A stretch of DNA of 63,977 nucleotides, counting the filler, from Chiloscyllium plagiosum (taxonomy: Eukaryota): the NCBI RefSeq assembly GCF_004010195.1. It is 7 parts of one record of this genome, joined end to end, with 100 filler letters (N's around TTAATTAATTAA, not from the genome) between each part and the next. Parts side by side here need not be neighbours in the genome. Positions count along the whole stretch, not along the records: positions 22,026 to 28,071 come from NC_057717.1; positions 28,172 to 42,990 come from NC_057717.1; 5 more parts are not named here. One strand, given 5' to 3'. How positions within the stretch are numbered: position 1 is the first letter of the stretch; each line of letters starts with the position of its first letter. Below are positions 23,174 to 35,067 of this stretch, piece after piece. A model generated the notes under the pieces. That model was not told the origin of the DNA and did not search any database. It saw only the letters and a program-made list of their open reading frames with translations. The position numbers and the translations under genes were made by a program.

Positions 23174-26100
23174 TCGACCGCACTGTCAGGAATTTAGTTC
23201 TGAGGAAGGGCCGCACTGTCAGGAGTTTAGTTCTGAGGGATGGCCGCAATGTCAGGAATTAGTTTTGAGGGAGGACCGCAGTGTCAGGAGTTTAGTTCTG
23301 AGGGAGGGCCGCACTGTCAGGAGTTTAGTTCTGAGGGATGGCCGCAGTGTCAGGAATTAGTTTTGAGGGAGGGCCGCACTGTCAGGAGTTTAGTTCTGAG
23401 AGAGGGCCGCACTGTCAGTTTAGATGTGATGGAGGGCCGCACTGTCAGGAGTTTAGTACTAAGGGAGGGCCGCACTGTCTGGAGTTGAGTACGGAGGGAG
23501 GGACGCACTGTCGGGTGTTTAGTACTGAGGACGGCCGCACTGTCAGGGGTTTAGATCAGAGGGAGGGCCGCCCTGTCAGGAGTTTAGTTCTGAGGGAGGG
23601 CCGCCCTGTCAGGAGTTTAGTTCTGAGAGAGGGCCGCACTGTCAGTTTAGATGTGATGGAGGGCCGCACTGTCAGGAGTTTAGTACTAAGGGAGGGCCGC
23701 ACTGTCTGGAGTTGAGTACGGAGGGAGGGACGCACTGTCGGGTGTTTAGTACTGAGGACGGCCGCACTGTCAGGGGTTTAGATCAGAGGGAGGGCCGCCC
23801 TGTCAGGAGTTTAGTTCTGAGGGAGGGCCGCACTGTCTGTAGTTTAGTACTGAGGGAGGGACGTAATGTCAGGAGTTTAGTTCTGAGGGAGGGCCACACT
23901 GTCAGGAGTTTAGTACTGATGGAGGGCCGCACTGCCTGGCGTTTAGTACGGAGGGAGGGACGCACTGTCAGCTGTTTAGTACTGAGGACGGCCGCACTGT
24001 CAGGAGTTTAGATCAGAGGGAGGGCCGCACTGTCAGGAGTTTAGTTCTGAGGGAGGCCCACACTGTCAGGTGTTTAGTTCTGAGGGAGGGACGTAATGTC
24101 AGGAGGTTAGTTCTCAGGGAGGGCCACACTGTCAGGAGTTTAGTACTGATGGAGGGCCGCACTGTCAGGGGTTTAGTTCTGTGGGAGGGCCGCACTGAAA
24201 GGAGTTTAATACTAAGGGAGGGCCGCACTTTCAGGAGTTTAGTTCTGAGGGAGGGCCACACTGTCAGGTGTTTAGTTCTGAGCGAGGGACGTAATGTCAG
24301 GAGTTTAGTTCTGAGGGAGGGCCACACTGTCAGGAGTTTAGTACTGATAGAGGGCCGCACTGCCTGGAGTTTAGTACGGAGGGAGGGACGCACTGTCAGG
24401 TGTTTAGTACTGAGGACGGCCGCACTGTCAGGAGTTTAGATCAGAGGGAGGGCCGCCCTGTCAGGAGTTTAGTTGTGATCGATGGTTGCACTGTCAGGAG
24501 TTTAGTTCTGAGGGAGGGCATCACTGTCGGGTGTTTAGTTCGGAGGGAGGTCCACACTGTCAGGAGTTTAGTACTGATGGAGGGCCGCACTGTCAGGAGT
24601 TTAGTTCTGTGGGAGGGCCGCACTGAAAGGAGGTTAATACTGAGGGAGGGCCGCAATTTCAGGAGTTTAGTTCTGATGGAGGGCCGCACTGTCAGGAGTT
24701 TAGTTCTGAGGGAGGGCCACACTGTCAGGTGTTTAGTTCTGAGCGAGGGACGTAATGTCAGGAGTTTAGTTCTCAGGGAGGGCCACACTGTCAGGTGTTT
24801 AGTTCTGAGCGAGGGACGTAATGTCAGGAGTTTAGTTCTGAGGGAGGGCCACACTGTCAGGTGTTTAGTTCTGAGCGAGGGACGTAATGTCAGGAGTTTA
24901 GTTCTGAGGGAGGGCCACACTGTCAGGTGTTTAGTTCTGAGCGAGGGACGTAATGTCAGGAGTTTAGTTCTGAGGGAGGGCCACACTGTCAGGTGTTTAG
25001 TTNNNNNNNNNNNNNNNNNNNNNNNNNNNNNNNNNNNNNNNNNNNNNNNGCACTGTCAGGAGTTCAGTACTGAGGGAGTTCATCACTGTCAGGTGTTTAA
25101 TACGGAGGGAGGGCCGCACTGTCTTGTGTTTAGTTCTGAGGGAGGGCCGCACTGTCAGGAGTTTAGTTCTGAGTGAGGGCCGCACTGTCAGGAGTTTAGT
25201 ACCGATGGCGGGCCGCACTGTCAGGAGTTTGGTACTGAGGAACGGCCGCACTGTCAGGAGTTTAGTTCTGTGGGAGGGCCGCCCTGTCAGGAGGTTAGTA
25301 CTGAGGGAGGGCCGCCCTGTCAGGAGTTTAGATCTTTGGGAGGGCCGCCTGTCAGGGTTTTAGTTCTGAGGGAGGGCCGCACTGTCAGGAGTTTGGTACT
25401 GAGGGAGGACTGCACTGTCAGGAGTTTAGTTCTGAGGGAGGACTGCACTGTCAGGAGTTTAGTTCTGAGGGACGGCCGCACTGTCAGGTGTTTAGTACTG
25501 AGGGAGGGATTCATTGTCATTTTTTAGTACTGTGGGAGGGCCGCACTCTCATGTGTTAGGTACTGAGGAAGGCCGCACTGTCATCAGTAGTTTAGTGTTA
25601 ATGGAGGGCTGCACTGTCAGGAGTTTAGATCTGAGGGAGGGCTACACTGTCCGGAGTTTGGTACTGAGGGAGGACTGCACTGTCGGGAGTTTAGTTCTGA
25701 GGGGCGGCCGCACTGTCAGGTGTTTAGTACTGAGGGAGGGATGCACTGTCATTTTTTAGTACTGTGGGAGGGCCGCACTGTCATGTGTTTTGTTCTGATG
25801 GAGGGCCGCACTGTCAGGAGTTTAGTTCTGTGTGAGGGCCGCACTGAAAGGAGCTTAATACTGAGGGAGGGCCGCACTTTCAGGAGTTTAGTTCTGAGGG
25901 AGGGCCGCACTGTCAGGAGTTTAGTACTGATGGAGGGCTGCAGTGTCAGGAGTTTAGTTCTGAGGGAGGGACGTAATGTCAGGCGTTTAGTTCTCAGGGA
26001 GGGCCGCACTGTCAGGAGTTTGGTACTGAGGTACGGCCGTACTGTCAGGAGTTTAGTTCTGAAGGAGGGCCGCACTTTTAGGGGTTTAATTCTGTGGGAG

Positions 26101-27640
26101 GGCCGCACTGAAAGGAGCTTAATACTGAGGGAGGGCCGCACTTTCAGGAGTTTAGTTCTGAGGGAGGGCCGCACTATCAGGAGTTTAGTACTGAGGGAGG
26201 GCCGCACTGTCAGGAGTTTAGTACTGATGGAGGGCTGCAGTGTCAGGAGTTTAGTTCTGAGGGTCGGCCGCACAGTCAGGTCTTTAGTACTGAGGGAGGG
26301 ATGCACTGTCATTTTTTAGTACTGTGGGAGGGCCGCACTCTCATGTGTTAGGTGCTGAGGTAGGCTGTACTGTCAGGAGTTTAGCTCTGAGGGAGGGCCG
26401 CCCTGTCAGGGGTTAGGTTCTGAGGGAGGGCCGCACTGTCAGGAGTTTAGTACTGAGGGAAGGCCGCACTGTCAGAAGGACAGGACTAAGGTAATACTGC
26501 ACTATCAGAGGGTCTGTACTCAGGGTGTGCTGCGCTGTCAGCAGTGTATTACTGAGGGAGTTCCAAGCTGTTATGGGTTCAATGGTGTCGGATCTCCGCA
26601 CTCTCAGTGGGTCAGTACTGAGGGGGTGCTGCACTATCAGAGGGTCAGTACTGATGGAGGGACGCACTATCGGAGGGTCAGTACTGAGGGTGTGCTGCAC
26701 TGTCAGAGGGTCAGTACGGAGGGAGTGCTATGCTGTCGGAGGGTCAGTACTGAGGGAGTGCTACGCTGTCGGAGGGTCAGTACTGAGGGATCACTGCACT
26801 GTCAGTTGGTCAGTAGTGAGGGATCACTGCACTGTCAGTGGGTCAGTACTGAGGGTGTGCTGCACAGTAAGTGGGTCAGTACTGAGGGAGTGCCGCACTG
26901 TCAGAGGGTCAGTACTGCGGGGGTGCCACACTGTCAATTGGTCAGTACTGAGTGAGTGCCACACTGTCAGAGGGCCAGTACTGAGGGAGTGCGGAACTGT
27001 CAGAGTGTCAGTACTGAGGGAGTGCTGCACTGTCAGTGGGTCAGTACTGAGGGAGTGCTGAACTGTCAGAGGATCAGTACTGAGGGAGTGCTGCACTGAC
27101 AGAGGGTCAGTACTGAGGGAATGCTGCACTGTCAGTGAGTCAGTACTGAGGGAATTCTTCACTGTCAGAGTGTCAGTACTGAGGGAATGCTGCACTGTCA
27201 GTGGGTCAGTACTGAGGGAGTGCTGCACTGTCAGTGGGTGGTACTGAGGGAATGCTGCACTGTCAGAGGGTCAGTATTGAGGGAATGCTGCACTGTCTGA
27301 AGGTCAGTACTGAGGGAGTACTGCACTGTCAGTGGGTCAGTACTGAGGGAGTGCTGCACTGTCAGTGGGTCAGTACTCAATGAGCACGACTAATGAATTA
27401 GTCAGTACTGAGAGAGTGTCAGTAATGAGGGAGTGCCTCACTGTTGGAGAGTCTACTGCTGGAGCACTGCACTGTCAGAAGGTCCGGACTGAATGTGCGC
27501 TCCATTGTCAGAGGATCAGTATTGATGGAGCACTGCACTGTCAGAAGTTAGGACTGACAGAATGCATCAACGCCAGAGGGTCAGTACTGAGGGAACGCAG
27601 CTATGTCAGACAGTCAGTACTGAGGGAGTGCTGTGGTCTG
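23174..27640. repeat. 33-bp satellite array; type A to ~26470, then type B (GAGGGAGTGCTGCACTGTCAGAGGGTCAGTACT)
   Basis: Visible 33-bp period with a consensus switch near 26470-26500. Internal gap at 25003-25049. Confidence 0.95.
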
Positions 27641-27660
27641 AGAGGATTATCTAGAATTAC

Positions 27661-28071
27661 AGAACATAGGAAAGTACAGCACAGAACAGGCCTTTCAGCT
27701 TATGATGTTGTGCCAAGGATTAGAACATAGAACATTACAATGCAGTACAGTCCCTTCGGCCCTCGATGTTGCGCTGACCTGTCATACTAATCTGAAGCCC
27801 ATCTAACCTACACTATTCCATGTACGTCCATGTGCTTGTCCAATGACGACTAAAATGTGCTTAAAGTTGGCGAATCTACTACCATTGCAGGCAAAGCATT
27901 CCATATCCTTATGGCTCTCTGAGTAAAGAAACTACCTCTGACATCTGTCCTATATCTATCACCCCTCAATTTAAAGCTATGCCCCCTCATGCTTGCCGTC
28001 ACCATACTTGGAAAAAGGCTCTCTAACCCTCTGATTATCTTATATGTCTTTATTAAGTCACCTCTCAACCT
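27661..28071 (-). mobile_element. CR1 LINE 3' end (plus a short second CR1-type tail), inverted copy of ~37235-37650
   Basis: ORF 27850..28068-: RGDLIKTYKIIRGL..RGHSFKL..RTDVRGSFFTQR..WNALP. Tail tagaacatagaaca. Confidence 0.9.
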
Positions 28072-28171
28072 NNNNNNNNNNNNNNNNNNNNNNNNNNNNN
28101 NNNNNNNNNNNNNNNTTAATTAATTAANNNNNNNNNNNNNNNNNNNNNNNNNNNNNNNNNNNNNNNNNNNN

Positions 28172-30086
28172 AGGTGAGCCATCGGAAACTGAGCAAGTGA
28201 CCACCATCTAATAGGACAGAGAAACTGATCCATCAGCCTGAAACTGACTGACCACGTGGCTGTCAGTGACTCCAACACAAGTGAATGGAAACATTGCCCA
28301 GAGCCTGTTTCTGTAACATTCAACTCAACCAGGAAATGGAAAGTGAATAATGAGCTGAAAACAAGGCCACTGCTCTGTTAGAGACAAAATCATTTAACAT
28401 TACGTTAGTGAAGATTATTGATTTTCAGAGTATTGGAATCTGCAGAAAGCAATCTCCCAGAATCACAGTAAAAGGGGAAAGTAAACAACGTTGTTGGCAC
28501 AGACTTAATAAACCAACTGCTTGTATAAAAACAGCTCAGAACAAAGGGCTGAATCCTCCACAAACTGACAAACACAGATACCATCAGATTTGTAGACAGA
28601 GATTAGAACTGCGTAGAAAAAGACTTACCTGCTGATGGTGTGTGCTGGAAACCATTTACACTGTGATCTACTATTTATTTCCTTTGGAAATAATCTCTGT
28701 TTTCACAAAGAAAAGTAGGTGTGTCCCTCATTGGCTGCGTGATTCACAGACAAAGGAAACCTGATCGGAGTCTCAGATAAATTAGGCTACTAGCGATATT
28801 GCATACAACAAGAGTTTAGAACACAACAGGTTCTAGTGAAACCAACAATGCAATGAAAAAGGTGAATTAGTCTTTATAATCGTGCTGACTCTCTCATTCA
28901 TATAATTCGGTCAAATGCTAAACATTTTTAAACTATTAATACCAATATATACATATTAATTTCCTATCCTAATTTACTCCAAAAAATGTATCTGATTATT
29001 CTCTTGAAAATATATTTTAAATGGTCAATTCATAATCACAGTTCACTTCAAACTATTCTTAGTGCAGAACTTCTTGCAAACTAAAACATGTTTCTTATCA
29101 ATGAAGACACTATATATCAAACAGTTTGCAGTTCAACCACCTGTCCAGACCTTGCTTTCGTTCATTATTGCAGGAAAACTACAGTTTTTGTTTCAGATCT
29201 TTCCATTACTTTCTTCCCCAATAACAATGCCCCTGGTGCAATACGTGGCAAGCATTAAAATAAAGTTGAAACTTCAATGCAAGAAATGCTACAAATAATC
29301 ACATATCATTCAGTTCATTCATTGTCATTGATTTCCAGAGTTATTTTCAGTGTATGATCAAGTTAAATTCACTTAAATAATCACAATAGAATTTTCACCT
29401 CTATAGTTATGTGAAGTGAATGTTAAATTATTCTTATTTCAAGTAAAACCAAATTCACATTTTGTTCTGTTTTATTCCAGGAATGACAGGATGTGTTACA
29501 CTATTATGAGAAACAGGAACAAGTGAAGGTGGTGCCTCTCAGACGTGAGGCCTTAAACACAAGGGCCAGGTGGTAAGTGACAGTGGAGGAGGTACCTCGT
29601 GCCCCGCTCTCCTCAGAAAGCAGTGAGGATGGTGACAGTGACTGGATCGGGTTAGATGGCGAAGCGCCCACGTATGGACAGAGGGATGGCAATGGGTGAT
29701 ATGACCCACTGCCCTTTAAGACCCAGAAGGCCGTGTCTATGGCACCGCTCGGCATCAAAACTCAATTTGGACAGACAGTAGGGAGCAACAAAGGGAACTA
29801 ACAGAAACTAAACCAGAACCGTTCACCCGCTGAATGCCAGATGTTGATGAATTAACACCCAGCCTGACAGAGAAATGGTAATAATGGGGAGAAAGTGAGG
29901 TCTGCAGATGCTGGAGATCAGAGCTGAAAATGTGTTGCTGGAAAAGTGCAGCAGGTCAGGCAGCATCAAGGGAACAAGAGAATCGACGTTTTGGGCATAA
30001 GCCCTTCTTCAGGAGGTAATAATGAGCCTTTTTGGGTGAATATGGATGAATAAGTTGAGGTACGCCGTCTCACTGACGTTGATGTA
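28172..30086 (+). repeat. Inner inverted repeat, left arm (partner 31212-32943)
   Basis: 28172 aggtgagccatcgg is the reverse complement of 32930-32943. ORF pair 29504..29758- and 31449..31637+. Confidence 0.93.
29887..30014 (-). mobile_element. 128-bp Penelope pLTR-derived insertion with degenerate hammerhead motif and 10-bp TSD
   Basis: Flanked by GGTAATAATG at 29877-29886 and 30015-30024, and absent from the inverted copy near 31260. Minus strand contains CTGAAGA-AGGGC-TTAT-GCCC-AAAACGTC-GATT. Confidence 0.85.
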
Positions 30087-30366
30087 CATATCCTCCCTCA
30101 GGCCAAGATGCCCTGACGTGTACAGCAGAACCCGTCCCTGCAATGAAAGGATGGGGGTGCGAGCCGGTTCCCGCCCGTGCACAGCCGATCAGTGGCTCCA
30201 GACATTTACAGATATGACAGGGAGGGGACAGACTGAATGGCTAAAATAACCTTGGTGACTCAGGGACCCAAGTGTAATATCGAGCATCATACAGAGAGGA
30301 AGCCTGAGGTGTGTAACGACCACGGGGGATTACCAAACCCCAACCTGTGATGATGAAATCGGTTTG

Positions 30367-30711
30367 ATGTATTTAAAATGGGACCACATTTAAATGTAAT
30401 TATAAGCATGGGACTCCTAGTGGGAGTCTAACCACATTCTGAATTGGGCCATGAGAGCTCAGGCAAACTCAGAAACACAGGGGAATAGCTGCAGTACAGG
30501 GAGGGTAATCAGACCCACAATGTTACAAGGGAAGCAGGAAAGGGCACATAGACAAGGAACATAGGCAGAGAGCGGGAGATAGGTGTTCACATTGTGTGTG
30601 GCCTGTGTTCACGTAGGTATATGCATAGCCGAAGAATATTTATTGACGCGCTGTTCAGGGGCCAATGGTGCTAATACCGGAGCATCTTTGTCAGTTATTG
30701 ATAAGGATTTA
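30367..30711 (+). repeat. Inverted copy of 20886-21230 (gag-end/protease part of the old retroelement relic)
   Basis: Direct reverse-complement match with few substitutions. It ends in GANTGASLSVIDKDL just before the gap. Confidence 0.9.
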
Positions 30712-31211
30712 NNNNNNNNNNNNNNNNNNNNNNNNNNNNNNNNNNNNNNNNNNNNNNNNNNNNNNNNNNNNNNNNNNNNNNNNNNNNNNNNNNNNNNNNN
30801 NNNNNNNNNNNNNNNNNNNNNNNNNNNNNNNNNNNNNNNNNNNNNNNNNNNNNNNNNNNNNNNNNNNNNNNNNNNNNNNNNNNNNNNNNNNNNNNNNNNN
30901 NNNNNNNNNNNNNNNNNNNNNNNNNNNNNNNNNNNNNNNNNNNNNNNNNNNNNNNNNNNNNNNNNNNNNNNNNNNNNNNNNNNNNNNNNNNNNNNNNNNN
31001 NNNNNNNNNNNNNNNNNNNNNNNNNNNNNNNNNNNNNNNNNNNNNNNNNNNNNNNNNNNNNNNNNNNNNNNNNNNNNNNNNNNNNNNNNNNNNNNNNNNN
31101 NNNNNNNNNNNNNNNNNNNNNNNNNNNNNNNNNNNNNNNNNNNNNNNNNNNNNNNNNNNNNNNNNNNNNNNNNNNNNNNNNNNNNNNNNNNNNNNNNNNN
31201 NNNNNNNNNNN

Positions 31212-32943
31212 ACATCAAGGTCAACTAATTCATCCATATTCACCCAATAAGGCCCACTATTACCATTTCTCTGTCAGGCTGGGCGTTAATTCACCAACAT
31301 CTGCCATTCAGCGGGTGAACGGTTCAGGTTTGGTTTCTGTCAGTTCCCTTTGTTGCTCCCTACTGTCTGTCCAAGTTGAGCTTTGATGCCGAGCGGTGCC
31401 ATAGACACGGCCTTCTAGGCCTTACAGGGCGGTGGGTCATCCCACCCATTGCCATCCCTCTGTCCATACGTGTGCGCTTCACCATCTAACCCGTTCCAGT
31501 CACTGTCAACATCCTCACTGCTTTCTGAGGAGAGTGGGGCACTAGGTACCTCCCCCACTGTAACTTATACCTGGCCCTTTGGCTGTAAGGCCTCAAGTCT
31601 GAGAGGCACCACCTTCACATGTTCCTGTTTCTCATAATAGTGTAACACATTCCATCATTCCTGGATTCAAACAGAACAGAATGTGAATTTGGTTTTACTT
31701 GAAATAAGAATAATTTCACATTCACTTCACATAACTATAGAGGTGAAAATTCTACTGTGATTATTTAAGTGAATTTAACTTGATCATACACTGAAAATAA
31801 CTCTGGAAATCAATGACAATGAATGAACTGAATGATATGTGATTATTTGTTGCATTTCTTGCATTGAAGAATCAACTTTATTTTAATGCTTGTCACCTAT
31901 TGCACCAGGGGCATTGTTAGTAGGGAAGAAAGTAATGGAAAGATCAGAAAAAAAACTGCAGTTTTCCTGCAATAATGAACGAAAGCAAGGTCTGGACAGA
32001 TGATTGAACTGGAAACTGTTTGACATATAGTGTCATCATTGATAAGAAACAAGTTTTAGTTTGCAAGATGTTCTGCACTATGAATAGTTTGAAGTGAACT
32101 GTGATTATGAATTGACCATTTAAAATACATTTTCAATAGGATAATCAGATACATTTTTTGGAGGAAATTAGGAAAGGAAATTAATATGTATACATTGGTA
32201 TTAATAGTTTAAAAATGTTTAGCAGTTAACCGAATTATTTGAATGAGAGAGTCTGCACGATTATAAAGACTAATTCACCTTTTTCATTGCATTGCTGGTT
32301 TCACTAGAACCTGTTGTGTTCTAAGATCTTGTTATGTGCAATATCGCTAGTAGCCTAATTTATCTGAGAGAGCCTGACCAGGTTTCCTTTGTCTGTGAAT
32401 CAGGCGGCCAATGAGGGACACAGAGATTATTTCCAAAGGAAATAAGATAGTCGATCACTGTGTAAATGGTTTCCAGCACACACCATCAGCAGGGAAGGGT
32501 TTTTCTACACATTTCCAATCTCTGTCTAAAAATCTAATGGTATCTGTGTTTGTCAGTTTGGGGAGGATTCAGCCCCTTTGTTCTGAGCTGTTTTGAAACA
32601 AGCAGTTGGTTCATTAAATCTTTGCCAAGAATGTTGTTTACTTTCCCCTTTTACAGTGATTCTGGGAGATTGCTTTCTGCAGATTCCAATACTCTGAAAA
32701 TCAATAATCTTCACTAACTTAATGTTAAATGATTTTGACTCTAACAGAGTAATGGCCTTGTTTTCAGCTCCATTTCCATTTCCTGGTTGTGTTGAATGTT
32801 ACAGAAGCAGGCTCTGGGCAATGTTTCCATTAACTTGTGTTGGAGTCACTGACAGCCACGTGGTCACTCAGTTTCAGGCTGATGGATCAGTTTCTCTGTC
32901 CTGTTAGATGGTGGTCACTTGCACAGTTTCCGATGGCTCACCT
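31212..32943 (-). repeat. Inner inverted repeat, right arm
   Basis: Reverse complement of 28172-30086. Confidence 0.93.
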
Positions 32944-35067
32944 CAGTGTCAGACCGTCAGCTGCTGAAACCCCCCATCCAGCATTTGTTCCCTCAAACCA
33001 TGACTACTCCAATACACTCCCAGCTTGTCTCCCACATTCTACCACCATAAACTCATGATCCCCTCAGATTCTCTTGTCTGTGTCCTTGCAGCAAGTCCCA
33101 TAAGACATCGACCTCAGTCTTAACCTCATCAATATCATTTTAAAATTTGGTTCACTGCTTTTAAACCTACCCGTGCTTTCACCCTGTCCTCCCTGCGTAA
33201 TTCCACACCTCCCTAAGCTATTTGCACTTATCCAATTCTAGCTGCATGTCAGTTTCTTATTTTATTCTCCCCCCTGTTGGTGGCTTTAGATTCAGCTGCC
33301 TTGAACCTAAATTTGGTAATTCTCTTCCCCCATTCCCTTCAACTCTCCTCCATTCTATAGGCTCTCCTTAATTTCTACCTGTTTGATCAAGTATTTGGTT
33401 TACACCCTTAAACCTCTCCCTTTGTAGTTCGGTAACAGCCTCATGGTACATTTGCTGAACTGTTAATCCATAGACTCATTTAGAATTATGTGTCTATTGA
33501 TGAAATTTTTTTCGATTGTCAAGAAAAACCCATCTGGGTCACTGATGTCCTTTAGGGAAGGAAGCTGCCATCTTGACCTAATCTGGCCGACATGTGACTC
33601 CTGACCCACAGCAATGTGGTTGGCTCTTACCTGCCATCTGGGTAATAATTTTGCCCATAGCTAGTGGCACCTACATCAAGTGAATGAATTTTAAACAAAG
33701 CCCTCAGTCCTGGGATCATGTGAGAAAGAAGCAGAAGGTGACCATTCGGCTCCACCTTTCAATAAGACCAGGCCTGATCTGTTTGTGATTGTGTTCCATC
33801 TCCTCCTAAAGTCCATTAACAAGAATATATCAATCTGTGTCTTAAAATACTCAGTGAGCCCACCTTCTGAGGCAGAGAGTTCCAAAGTTGCACTGCCCTC
33901 TGATTGGAANNNNNNNNNNNNNNNNNNNNNNNNNNNNNNNNNNNNNNNNNNNNNNNNNNNNNNNNNNNNNNNNNNNNNNNNNNNNNNNNNNNNNNNNNNN
34001 NNNNNNNNNNNNNNNNNNNNNNNNNNNNNNNNNNNNNNNNNNNNNNNNNNNNNNNNNNNNNNNNNNNNNNNNNNNNNNNNNNNNNNNNNNNNNNNNNNNN
34101 NNNNNNNNNNNNNNNNNNNNNNNNNNNNNNNNNNNNNNNNNNNNNNNNNNNNNNNNNNNNNNNNNNNNNNNNNNNNNNNNNNNNNNNNNNNNNNNNNNNN
34201 NNNNNNNNNNNNNNNNNNNNNNNNNNNNNNNNNNNNNNNNNNNNNNNNNNNNNNNNNNNNNNNNNNNNNNNNNNNNNNNNNNNNNNNNNNNNNNNNNNNN
34301 NNNNNNNNNNNNNNNNNNNNNNNNNNNNNNNNNNNNNNNNNNNNNNNNNNNNNNNNNNNNNNNNNNNNNNNNNNNNNNNNNNNNNNNNNNNNNNNNNNNN
34401 NNATCAAATCATTCAGGATCTTAGACACTTCAGTGATGTCACGCCTCACTCTCCAAACTCCAGCTGAAACAAACCCAACCTGTCCAACCGATTTGCATTT
34501 TATTTCTGTCACGCCAGGTGTGAGTGGGGTTGAAATGTTCTGTTATGTTTATAATGCAATGAATGTGTTGCTTCACTCTACGGTGTCTTAGAGACAAGAT
34601 GAGTCATACTAGCTTTCCTGTCTCACTGTATTACATATATCTTACATTGCTGTCGTGTTTCCACCTCCCTCCCTCACTCTCACTAAAAAAGGAGACAAAT
34701 CGAGAAAATCTGTTAGAAAATTGGTTGTCGCCTAAATAGTACTTAGTCTGATTGTAGAGATTGCATTGTAATTGAAGTAACCAGTTCATAAAAATTTACT
34801 AACAAGAGACTTTGAGAGGGGCTGCTGTGTTGGTGGTGGCAGTGCTGCTGGTTGGTATTAGTAAGGGCCGGGGTTAATACTTGGCTTTGGTGAGAAAGGT
34901 GAACATGAGAAAGGTAAGGTGAGATTCTTTTGTCTTCCTCGATAGGAAGAGGGAAAGATAGCAGTTCGGACAGTGTGGAGCCGTTTTAATCTTGCAGGCA
35001 TTCTATCTTATAATATTCATTTTGTGTGATATGAGTGTCACTGGCTTGGCCAGCATTGATAGCCCAA

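Larger units (their letters stand above)
21731..28071 (+). repeat. Second, direct partial copy of the left arm (10678-10870 piece, 12080-13228 piece with LTR, satellite, CR1 3' end)
   Basis: 21731-21924 matches ~10678-10870. 22026-23173 is nearly identical to 12080-13228 (ORFs 12542..13033 and 22489..22980 differ at only a few residues). Confidence 0.9.
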
